Below, piece after piece: positions 10,098 to 19,419 of a DNA stretch of 33,575 nucleotides. The stretch is from contig NC_068982.1 in assembly GCF_001194135.2 (NCBI RefSeq), positions 135,224,068 through 135,257,642 on the forward strand, read 5' to 3'. The notes beneath the pieces are model-generated. The model was not told the DNA's origin. It did no database searches and saw nothing but the letters and a program-made list of their open reading frames with translations. Source of the DNA: Octopus bimaculoides (Eukaryota). The stretch's first letter is position 1. Each line of letters starts with the position of its first letter. The translations under genes and the position numbers were made by a program.

Positions 10098-10538
10098 TCC
10101 ATTAGAGACTGCCCCTAGTTCTATGACATAAACTTCCTGTATTTAAGCGGTCTAAATTAAAAGCTTCCATCAAAATTCCATGTTGGTTTATATGCCAAAT
10201 ACCAACTTAATAACTAAAATGTTAGAGAAAAACAACTAGTTTTAAATCACTGAACGAGAGATACACAGTAGCAATACCGAATAGTAAAGTTTATACGCCA
10301 ACAGAATGTGGCAGTCCTTTAAAGGACGATGTTATTGTTGTATCCATTGTTGTTTTATTTTTGTTTTATTTTTTCCTGGGGCTAAAACAACAGTAACATC
10401 GTCCTTTATAGGACTGCCGCATTCTGTTGGCGTATAAACTTTATTAACTAAGATGTTATTTTACTAAATTCTTCATTATTTCCAAAACGAATTAAAACAA
10501 AGGCAGTGAATTTCAACAGAAATATGGTAATCAAAGGG
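10098..10538. mobile_element. TTAA-flanked, piggyBac-like MITE interrupted by a 220-bp insert
   Basis: TTAA at 10094-10097 and 10539-10542; right end AAAGGG; degenerate left end TCCATT. Confidence 0.55.
10282..10446. repeat. Fold-back inverted repeat, 60-bp arms (10282-10341 / 10387-10446)
   Basis: Reverse-complement arms with 4 differences, no indel, 45-nt loop; in PON intron 8. Confidence 0.95.
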
Positions 10539-10614
10539 TTAATTGTGAACTGGGGAGTAAGTTGATTATCAACCATGCAGACAAATGCTGAGGTTAACAA
10601 CCCATTAATATATT

Positions 10615-10825
10615 TGGTGAGCTGACTGAATTGTTAGCACATGGCAAAATGCATAGTGGTATTTCATCTGGCCTTGCATTCTGAGTTCAAATTCTGCCAA
10701 GGTTTACTTAGCCATTCATCCTTTCAGGGTTGATAAAATGAATACCACTTGAGTGCTGGGGGTCAATGTAATCAACTTACCTGCTTCTCCAAAATTCCTG
10801 GCCTTGTGCTAAAATTTGAAACCAG
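10615..10825 (+). mobile_element. SINE family A, older copy
   Basis: ggtgagctg...ttctgagttcaaattctgcc...ctttcagggttgataa. Confidence 0.8.
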
Positions 10826-10986
10826 TATCATTGTTATTGCATTCTCAATGTTTATGCCTATCAAATTATGTTTCACGTGCTACAACTGTTTTTCTATGTC
10901 TGCATATGTGCATCTACAACATCATTCAAGCCGCTATCTGTCTTTTTGCATTTAAGCCTCTATCTTATTCAAGCCTCTATCTTATT

Positions 10987-11213
10987 TCTATATCGCCCAC
11001 AAGAGGCTAAACATAGAGGGGACAAATAAGGACAGACAAATGGATTAAGTCGATTACATCGACCCCAGCGCGTAACTGGTACTTAATTTATCGACCCCGA
11101 AAGGATGAAAGGCGAAGTCGACCTCGGCGGAATTTGAACTCAGAACGTAACGGCAGACGAAATACCGCTAAGCATTTCGCCCGGCGTGGTAATACTTCTG
11201 CCAGCTCGCCGCC
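10987..11213 (-). mobile_element. SINE family A, young copy with 19-bp TSD, inserted in the minisatellite
   Basis: ttcaagcctctatcttatt at 10968-10986 and 11214-11232. Confidence 0.9.
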
Positions 11214-11630
11214 TTCAAGCCTCTATCTTATTGCATTCAGGCCTCTATCTATCTTATTGCATTCAAGCCTTTGTCTATCTCCTGGCATTCAAGCCTCTGT
11301 CTATCTTATTGCATTCAGACCTCTGTCTGTCCTATTGCATCCAAGCCTCTGTCTATCTAGTTTCTGGCATTCAACACTCTTATTATATTGCATTCAAGCC
11401 TCCACCTATCTTCTGGCATTCAAGCCTTTATCTATCTTATTGCATTCAAGCCTTTCTCTATCTTACTGCATTCAAGCCTCCACCTATTTTCTGGCATTCA
11501 AGACTTTATCTATCTTATTGCATTGAACCCTCTATCTATCTTATTGCATTCAAGTTTCTGTCTATCTTATTGCTTTCAAACCTCCACCTATTTTCTGGCA
11601 TTCATGCCTCTATCTATCTTATTGCATTCT
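11214..11630. repeat. Minisatellite of about 26 bp (consensus near GCATTCAAGCCTCTATCTATCTTATT), about 16 copies
   Basis: CATTCAAG recurs about every 26 nt; extra units at about 10920-10985. Confidence 0.9.
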
Positions 11631-11696
11631 TTATGTTTATGCCTATTAATTTTGTTTAGTATTCTGAGATATTCCTGTTTTCTTTTAATTACACAG

Positions 11697-11864
11697 GTTT
11701 TAAAGCTTGAAGTAAAAAATGGATTGATAAAATCAATGAAAGAGATCTATTCCAACGATGGATCCATGCTGTCTGGTTCCAGTTCAGCTTCATTTTATCG
11801 AAACCACACACTTATCGGAAGTATGTGGGAAAAGTTAGTAATATGTGATGTTCTTTATATGTAA
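11697..11864 (+). CDS. PON: PON-like last coding exon; VLKLEVKNGLIKSMKEIYSNDGSMLSGSSSASFYRNHTLIGSMWEKLVICDVLYM-stop
   Basis: acacag acceptor; matches the PON C-terminus (IY..DG..L.GS..AS, LIG, C353-equivalent Cys); TAA at 11862-11864. Confidence 0.95.
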   Translation, partial: VLKLEVKNGLIKSMKEIYSNDGSMLSGSSSASFYRNHTLIGSMWEKLVICDVLYM

Positions 11865-11955
11865 TTTAATATTCCTTAAACTAGATTATAAAATATTCAA
11901 CCATGAATATCTTTAGTTTTCTTATCTTTTCTAAAATGCTTTTCGTGACAATTTC

Positions 11956-11961
11956 ATTAAA
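11956..11961 (+). promoter_or_regulatory. Candidate polyadenylation signal (ATTAAA) for the PON-like gene
   Basis: First common PAS hexamer I found after the stop codon (about 90 nt downstream); no transcript evidence. Confidence 0.25.
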
Positions 11962-11989
11962 TGTTTCCCCCCCACCACCACCGTCTTCA

Positions 11990-12225
11990 TCACCATCATT
12001 ATCATTGTTTAATGTCCCTGTTTCATCATGGTATGGGCTGGATGGTTTGACAGAATTCAGTGGGTCCAAGGAACTGCATCAAGCTCTAATGCTTGATTTG
12101 GCAGGGTCACTCTGGCTGGATGCCCTTCCCTTATGCTAACCATTTTACGGCATGTATTGAGTGCACTTTTTTGTGCCACCAGCACTGTTGAGGTTGTCAT
12201 GCTGCTTGCAAGACTGCGAACCCTG
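11990..12225 (-). mobile_element. Repeat F (LINE-type 3' tail) fragment
   Basis: Reverse complement of the ggaagggcatccagc...acattaaa-(gat)n tail seen at 17225-17368. Confidence 0.7.
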
Positions 12226-12710
12226 ATGGAGAAGATTTACACTTAGAGATGACAGGGTTAAAGTAGGAAAGTAGGGACCAGCGTAGAACAGGTTTTTTGT
12301 TGTACAGAGGCTACATGAACTGCACATGTTTTGGAAGACAGGGTGGATGTGATGGGGTGGAGCTGGAAAGAGATGAAAGTAGTGATGTTGAGGGTGAGGT
12401 GGTGTCAAGGTGGATCCTCAAGGTATGATCTCAGTAGAAGGGGTTGCGGGGTATCATCAGAACTAGGTGTGTTGCGGTGGGTGCAGGTATGGGGAGTGAG
12501 AGACGGGGATGGGTGAAGGGAAGGAACACAAGTGACAGCTGTAAAGATTGGATTGGGTTGGAAGGGCAAGGATGGATGTAGTGAATGCTGGTGGAAGTAA
12601 TTTATTCTTTAAATTAGCCTTATTTGTTGAGAATTTGTTAGGGACTTCTGGGTTTTGGTTTGAGTGATTCATTTTTTTTTTGTATTTGGTTTGTCTAATA
12701 AATCAGAAGC

Positions 12711-12750
<40 letters not shown>

Positions 12751-12751
12751 T

Positions 12752-13036
12752 TGGTGGTGAGCTGGCAGACTCGTTAGCGTGATGGACAAAATACTTAGTG
12801 GCATTTCGTCTGTCTTTACTTTCTGAGTTCAAATTCTGCCAAGGTTGACTTTGCCTTTCATCTTTTTGGGGCCGATGAAATAAGTACCAGTGGAACACTG
12901 GGGTTGATATAATTTACCAGCTGCTCCCCAATCAAATTTCAGACCTTGTGCCTATAGTAAAAAAGGATTATTATTGTTGTTGCTGTTGTTGCTACTGCTA
13001 CTGCTACTACTACTACTACTACTACTACTACTGCTG

Positions 13037-13076
<40 letters not shown>

Positions 13077-13305
13077 AGCGAGCTGGCAGAATCGTTAGCA
13101 TACTGGACAAAATGCTTAGTGGTATTTCGCCTGGTGATATTTTCTGAGTTCAAATTCCGCTGAGATTGACTTTGCCTGTCAACCTTTTGGGGTTGATTAA
13201 ATAAGTACCAATTACACACTGGGGTTGATGTAATTGACTTGATCCTCTCCCCCAAGCTGCCCATGTGGAAAAAATTTTAAATCATCATTATTATTATTAT
13301 TATTA
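12752..13305 (+). mobile_element. Two head-to-tail SINE A copies separated and flanked by (TTA)n/(CTA)n
   Basis: (ATT)n 12714-12750, SINE 12752-12967, triplet run 12968-13076, SINE 13077-13287, (ATT)n. Confidence 0.85.
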
Positions 13306-13412
13306 TCTTGTACTTGCCATCATCAGATTATTGTGATCTGAATACTTGCAACATCAGAATGTTCTCCTCTAAAGAGACACAACTACTGGATGATCCCACA
13401 AAGATGCATATA

Positions 13413-13978
13413 CGTGGGTGAGTAAAAAAGTAATGCCATTTTGTTTAGGACAGGTATAATTACCAACACAGGAACATGTATCATACATCATAATGAAGCT
13501 GGTCCTCTGTGGATCACATCCCTACTTCTCAAAATAGTCACCGTTTCTTTCAATTGCAATGTTCCACCTTCGAATGAGAGCATGTATCCCTGCCCCGTAA
13601 AATTCTGTTGACTGTTCTTTGAGCCACTTCTTTACTACAGTTTTTACTTCGTCATCACTGGACTATCTTCATCATTGGCCTATCATCTCTTTGGCCCCAT
13701 GAAAGAGGGCTTGAGAAGCAAACATTATTCCAGTGACGAGGAAGTGAAAACTGTAATGAAGAAGTGGCTCAAAGAACAATCAACAGAATTTTACGGGGCA
13801 GGGATACATGTTCTCATTCGAAGGTGGAACATTGCTATTGAGAGAAACGGTGACTATGTCGAGAAGTAGGGATGTGATCCACAGAGGACCAGCTTCATTT
13901 TGATGTATGATACATGTTCCTGTATTGGTAATTATACCTGCCCTAAACAATATGGCATTACTTTTTGACTCACCCTCG
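13413..13978. mobile_element. Mariner-derived fold-back MITE with 250-bp arms made from the transposase 3' end
   Basis: TA at both ends; arms 13413-13662 and 13729-13978 have 17 mismatches by hand count and no indel; right part encodes YHLFGPMKEGL...NGDYVEK-stop. Confidence 0.93.
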
Positions 13979-13989
13979 TAGCATATTCT

Positions 13990-14142
13990 ATAAAGTGGTT
14001 GGCATTAGGAAGTGCATCAAGCCATAGAAACTGTGCTGAAGCAGACATGGGAGCATTACACTTTTTCAAGCTGTCGGATCCTTGTTGGACCATCCTGCCC
14101 ATGCCCAATAGGAAAGATGGATGTTAAAAAGTGATGATGATG
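13990..14142 (+). mobile_element. Repeat F tail fragment
   Basis: gtggttggcattaggaagtgcatc...gatgttaaaaagtgatgatgat. Confidence 0.65.
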
Positions 14143-14184
14143 GAGATTATGTGCTTATGTTGCAAAATACTGGTTTCAGTTTTT

Positions 14185-14390
14185 GGCACAAGGCCAGCAA
14201 TTTTCGGTTTCAAGGAAGGAGCAAAGTCAATTACATCAACCCCAGTGTTTTACTGGTACTTAAGTCGTCAACCTTGAAAGGATGAAAGGCAAAGTTAACC
14301 TTGATGGAATTTGAACTTAAAATGTGGAGATGAATGAAATGCCGCTAAGCATTTTGTACAGCATGGTAGTAATTCTGCCAGCTTGCCATC

Positions 14391-14422
<32 letters not shown>

Positions 14423-14640
14423 CCTTTCTACTCTAGGCACAAGGCTTGAAATCTTTGGGGAGGTGGGGATGGGCAGTCGATTAGATTGACCCCAGTACAC
14501 AACTGGTACTTAATTTATCGACCCCGAAAAGATGAAAGGTAAAGTTGACCTTGGCGGAATTTGAGCTCAGAATGTAAAGACAGACGAAATACTGCTAAGC
14601 ATTTCGCCAGGCGTGCTAATGTTTCTGCTTGCTTACCATC
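14185..14640 (-). mobile_element. Two head-to-tail SINE A copies separated by (AAT)n
   Basis: Two reverse-complement A units with (AAT)n at 14393-14421. Confidence 0.82.
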
Positions 14641-15894
14641 TTTAACAAGAATAATGTTGACAGCAACAATAATAATAACGACTGTTTCAAATTTCGACAC
14701 AAACCCTACAATTTTGAGAGAAGTGGTTTTGATAATATCATTTGACTCTGGTGTGAGCTGAAGATGACAGGCACAGTTAACCTGACTGAGATTTGAACTC
14801 AGAACGGTAAGTGTTGGGACAAAATGTCACAAGGTATTTTCCAAATTGCTAATGATTTTATCATTATTCCACACTTAATGATTATTTCTAATTCAGGCAT
14901 AAGACCAGAAAATTTGATGTGGGACAAAGATCAGTTGATTAAATTGATCCAGTATATTATTTAGACATTTCTGTTTGTAACAAGTTTAACATTTTTTCAG
15001 GTATAATGTATCATGGTCTATATTATCCAATATGTTCTTTGTTTCCTTCTTTTAGTTGGTTGTGTATTTGTTAAGAGAATCGGCTGTTATTTCTAGCTAG
15101 GGAAGTTGAAGTGTAGAAATTCCTTCGTCGATTCTGGTGGTCATTACGTAGATGAAATAGCTGGAGTTACTTCCCTTTAATACTAGTGATTTTCGTTTCA
15201 TAGTTATCTCATTTGTGTTCGGAGAATTTCTTATATAGAAAACGTCTTTCTGTTGAGTCTTCCGTCCTAGTTTCGTGTCTCAGCTTTAGGTATATCACTT
15301 CACGTACACCCTTAACTCTTTTTAAAAAGGCATTATGTTACAAACTTCTTTATTCACATTTCTTTTTCCACAAGGATTTTATGCTTTATTCTGAATTCGT
15401 ATGTTCAACTCCTCCGAGACTGTTGGTGCTAGAACAACGAAACTCAAATCCTTAATCCCAGGGAATGACCTAAAGGGGTCTATTTTATTAAGGGACACCT
15501 AACTGGGACCCCCACTGAACCCTCTCCTATTTTTACTGCATTTTATACTAAATACATAGCAATGGCGACCGATATTGGATCAATGACAATGAATTTTATG
15601 CCATGAACTCCCAGGGAGTATTGTAAGGAGATTCAATTTCTGAAGGGCCGCCTAAATGGGGCCCCACTGACCCCACTGTTTTTACTGCATTTACCTCGCT
15701 CCTATGCTTATTGATTAAACTATGACTGGCATCAGTACGTAGCACATTTACAGAAATAAGTTTGTGCATTCTAAATACCTTCATTTAAATGAAGACAAAG
15801 AGTTATAACGGGTACATTTAAAGTATGGCAGTGGAGATGTTTATATTTTGTAGATTATGAAACTTATATCTTGCTTGTATATGTATATGTATAT

Positions 15895-16261
15895 GCAGGA
15901 GTGGCTGTGTGGTAAGTAGCTTGCTTACCAACCACATGGTTCCGGGTTCAATCCCACTGCATGGCATCTTGGGCAAGTGTCTTCTACTATAGCCTCAGGC
16001 CGACTAAAGCCTTGTGAGTGGATTTGGTAGACAGAAACTGAAAGAAGCCTGTCGTATATATATATACATATATATATATGTATGTGTGTGTATATATGTG
16101 CATGCGTGTGTGTATATAGTGTATATATATATATATATGTGCATGTGTGTCTGTCTATATATATTTTTGTATATATATGTTTGTGTATATATATGTATGT
16201 GTGTGTGTGTGTATATATATATGTGTATATGTGTGTGTATATAAATATGTGTATGTATGTG

Positions 16262-16292
<31 letters not shown>

Positions 16293-16313
16293 ATATATAC
16301 ATATATATATATC

Positions 16314-16360
<47 letters not shown>

Positions 16361-16385
16361 ACACACACGTATATATACATATATT
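15895..16385 (+). mobile_element. SINE family B 5' half followed by an expanded (TA/TG/CA)n tract
   Basis: ggagtggctgtgtggtaagtagcttgc...gaaactgaaagaagcctgtcg ends at 16053; microsatellite to about 16385. Confidence 0.88.
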
Positions 16386-16615
16386 ATTTTCTGTAGGTTT
16401 ATGCCATTCCTCTTGCCAAATAAGGTAATGTTTCTCTTTGGACATATTTACAAAGAAGACTGGAACATTGTGACACACCCTGCATGAGGCTGATGCTCAT
16501 TTACTGCTATCACATGATTTTAAGACAAGGACAAGTGCATTTGTGCGTATGTGTGTGTATGTAAAGATATATATATATATATACCGGAGGTAGAGTAATA
16601 TGCTTTATTTATTTC

Positions 16616-16671
16616 TAACAAAACTGTCTGATGAACAGGAGCGTGAAACTCTGAGTAACAGTCTTTTGTTA
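16616..16671 (+). ncRNA. Minimal type I hammerhead ribozyme (Penelope/retrozyme-like)
   Basis: Stem I TAACAAAA-CTGT pairs with ACAG-(tc)-TTTTGTTA; core CTGATGA 16628-16634 and GAAA 16645-16648; palindromic stem III ACTC-T-GAGT; GUA cleavage triplet ending at 16657. Confidence 0.8.
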
Positions 16672-16694
16672 TATTTCTGCTGCTTTTAAATAAA

Positions 16695-16731
<37 letters not shown>

Positions 16732-16961
16732 TATAAAGAAGTATTATTACCGTTATTTATAGTAATAATACTGTGGCTAGTAGGTTCATACCTTTGCAGG
16801 CACAGTATAAAGTATTTTAAGATTCAGTAGGGTATATATAATACCACTTGTTAAAATCAGAGCCGTTGCTCCAAAAACCTCTATAAAAATTACAATAAAG
16901 ACACACATGATTTTAGCAAGTGGTATTATATACCCTACTGAATTAGATATATATGTAATCA

Positions 16962-17368
16962 TTGCCAGAGCAGCTGTCTGGCTTCCGTGCCAGTGGCACG
17001 TAAATAGCACCATTTGAGCGTGATTGTTACCAGCGTCACCTTACTGACACTTGTGCCGGTGGTATGTGAAAAAACATTCGAGAGAGATCTTTGCCAGTGC
17101 CGCTGGACTGGCTCCTGTGCAGGTGGTATGTAAAATACGCCATTTTGAGTGTGGCTGTTGCCTGTACTGCCTGAATGACCTTCGTGCCGGTGGCACGTAA
17201 AAACACCCACTACACTCTTGGAGTGGTTGGCGTTAGGAAGGGCATCCAGCTGTAGAAACTCTGCCAGATCAGATTGGAACCTGGTGTAGCCATCTGGTTC
17301 TCCAGTCCTCAGTCAAATCGTCCAACCCATGCTAGCATGGAAAGCGGACGTTAAACGATGATGATGAT
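16962..17368 (+). mobile_element. Repeat F: internal repeated subunits plus LINE-type 3' tail ending in (GAT)n
   Basis: gtgcc(a/g)gtgg(c/t)a(c/t)gt recurs; tail ttggcgttaggaagggcatccagc...catggaaagcggacgttaaacgatgatgat. Confidence 0.8.
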
Positions 17369-17404
17369 ATATGTATGTATATATACACAGGGAGAGAGAG
17401 AGAG

Positions 17405-17500
17405 AGCTCCTTTCAGTCTATCAAAGCCACTCACAAGGCTTTGGTCGGCCTAGAGCTATAGCAGAAGACACCCAATGTGTCTAACAATGAGACTGAAGAT
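17405..17500 (-). mobile_element. SINE B fragment
   Basis: ctttcagtcta...cactcacaaggctttggtcggcc...gaagacac. Confidence 0.65.
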
Positions 17501-18403
17501 AACATAATCATTTTGTTGGGAAACAATTTTATTGCCTCCAGAAAAATTTGAAGCCACAAAGTCGATGACAGAAATTACAAGTCCAAATGTAATAATGGCA
17601 ATATAGTCAATCTAGCATTTTGCTATTTCTATCACAGCATCACTCTCTGATGTTACTAAATTAAGGATGATGGCCTCCTTCAAACGTTTGTATATTTGAC
17701 AGGAACTATAAATTTGCTTTAAGAGTTCCAAGAGTGAGACATTCAGGTTTTGCTTGTAGTTTGAAATACACTTGATGAGTCAGAGTAATTTACTATTGGC
17801 TTCATTGTTCTTTGGAACATTACATTTATTAATTAGCAAACTATAAAGATACAAGTTGATTAGAAAGTTCTTTTTGTGCTGACACACACATACCCCACCT
17901 CTCACACACTCATACATATATTGTGGGCATAATTCTTCATCTAGTTGTGTGTTGTATTCTATGAACAAGCAGCTAATTTGACATTACTTTAATTGAATTG
18001 AGCACCAGGTGAAGGCTGGTGTAGCTCTAGCAAAGAAGAGCATAAAATCAAATAGGTGGATGGAGCAGCTGGAAAGTAATTTCATTAGTCGTACAATACA
18101 AAACCAGTTGTCAGTACTTGAACCATCTCTTTATTGATCAACAATGTAACATACCTCTTTCTCTGTATTGGAACAGCTATTGCTCTTGTAGTTTTTTCTT
18201 TGGAAGATCAAAGTGTTTTTGTTATTGACACAGTGCAGAACTAATTATAAATAACTGAACCATCTATGTGTCGATCAGCAGTGTAACATCTCTCTTCATT
18301 GGAACAGCCCTGGCTCTACAATGTACATGTTCTTATTTCTATGGAAAATCTATTCTTTTCTGAAGTAATTAACTGCTGGAGTATGTCTCCAATATTGATT
18401 TCT

Positions 18404-18854
18404 TATTTCTTTATTGCCCACAAGGGGTTAAACATAGAGGGGACAAACAAGGACAGACAGAGGGATTAAGTCGATTACATCGATCCCAGTGTGTAACTGG
18501 TACTTATTTAATCTACCCCGAAAGGATGAAAGGCAAAGTCGACCTCGGCGGAATTTGAACTCAGAACGTAACGGAATACGAAATACCGCTAAACATTTCG
18601 CCCGGCGTGCTAACGTTTCTTATTTCTTTATTGCCCACAAGGGGCTAAACATAGAGGGGTCAAACAAGGACAGACAGAGGGATTAAGTCGATTATATCGA
18701 CCACGGTGCGTAACTGGTACTTAATTTATCGGCCCCGAAAGGATGAAAGGCTAAGTCGACCTCGTCGGAATTTGAACTCAGAACGTAACAGCAGACGAAA
18801 TACTACTAAGCATTTCGTCCAGCGTGCTAACGTTTCTGCCAGCTCGCCGCTTTA
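18404..18854 (-). mobile_element. Tandem dimer of SINE A inside a single 18-bp TSD
   Basis: tctccaatattgatttct at 18386-18403 and 18855-18872; unit junction near 18618. Confidence 0.9.
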
Positions 18855-18894
18855 TCTCCAATATTGATTTCTAACATCATCTTGTGTGCTGTGC

Positions 18895-19035
18895 AAGCAT
18901 GGCTGTGTATTTGAGAAGTTTGCTTCACGATTACATGGTAGAGAGTTTTAGTCCAACTATGTTGCACCTTGGGCAAATGTCTTCTATAGTTCTCGGCTTA
19001 GAATGCCTTGTAAATGAATTTGATAGACAGAAAGT
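18895..19035 (+). mobile_element. Degraded SINE B head
   Basis: catggctgtgtatttgagaag...gcaccttgggcaaatgtcttctata. Confidence 0.6.
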
Positions 19036-19063
19036 GTGTCAAAATCCATTGTATGTATGTATG

Positions 19064-19102
<39 letters not shown>

Positions 19103-19193
19103 NNNNNNNNNNNNNNNNNNNNNNNNNNNNNNNNNNNNNNNNNNNNNNNNNNNNNNNNNNNNNNNNNNNNNNNNNNNNNNNNNNNNNNNNNNN
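19103..19193. other. Assembly gap (91 N)
   Basis: N run after (TA)n. Confidence 1.
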
Positions 19194-19384
19194 CATGGTT
19201 CCGGGTTCATTCCCACTGCGTGGCACCTTGGGCAAGTGTCTTCTACTATAGCCTCGGGCTGACCAGAGACTTGTGAGTAGATTTGGTAGACTGAAACTGA
19301 AAGAAGCCTGTCGTATATATATATATATATATATATCGTTCGTTTTTCATTTGACGTTCGCTTTCCATGCTAGCATGGGTTGGA

Positions 19385-19419
<35 letters not shown>

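Noticed and set aside
11214-11630. Regularly spaced repeat superficially like a CRISPR array
   Set aside because: No unique spacers, units abut, eukaryotic intron, no cas genes.
11134-11696. Long ORFs 11134, 11186 and the 5' part of 11388
   Set aside because: Products of the SINE and the 26-bp minisatellite; only 11697-11864 is a real exon.
12948-13163. Poly-Cys/Tyr ORF
   Set aside because: Translation of a triplet microsatellite between two SINEs.
15925-16487. Stack of overlapping ORFs on both strands
   Set aside because: Dinucleotide microsatellites lack stops; low-complexity artefacts. The same applies near 5730, 19050, 23000 and 32500.
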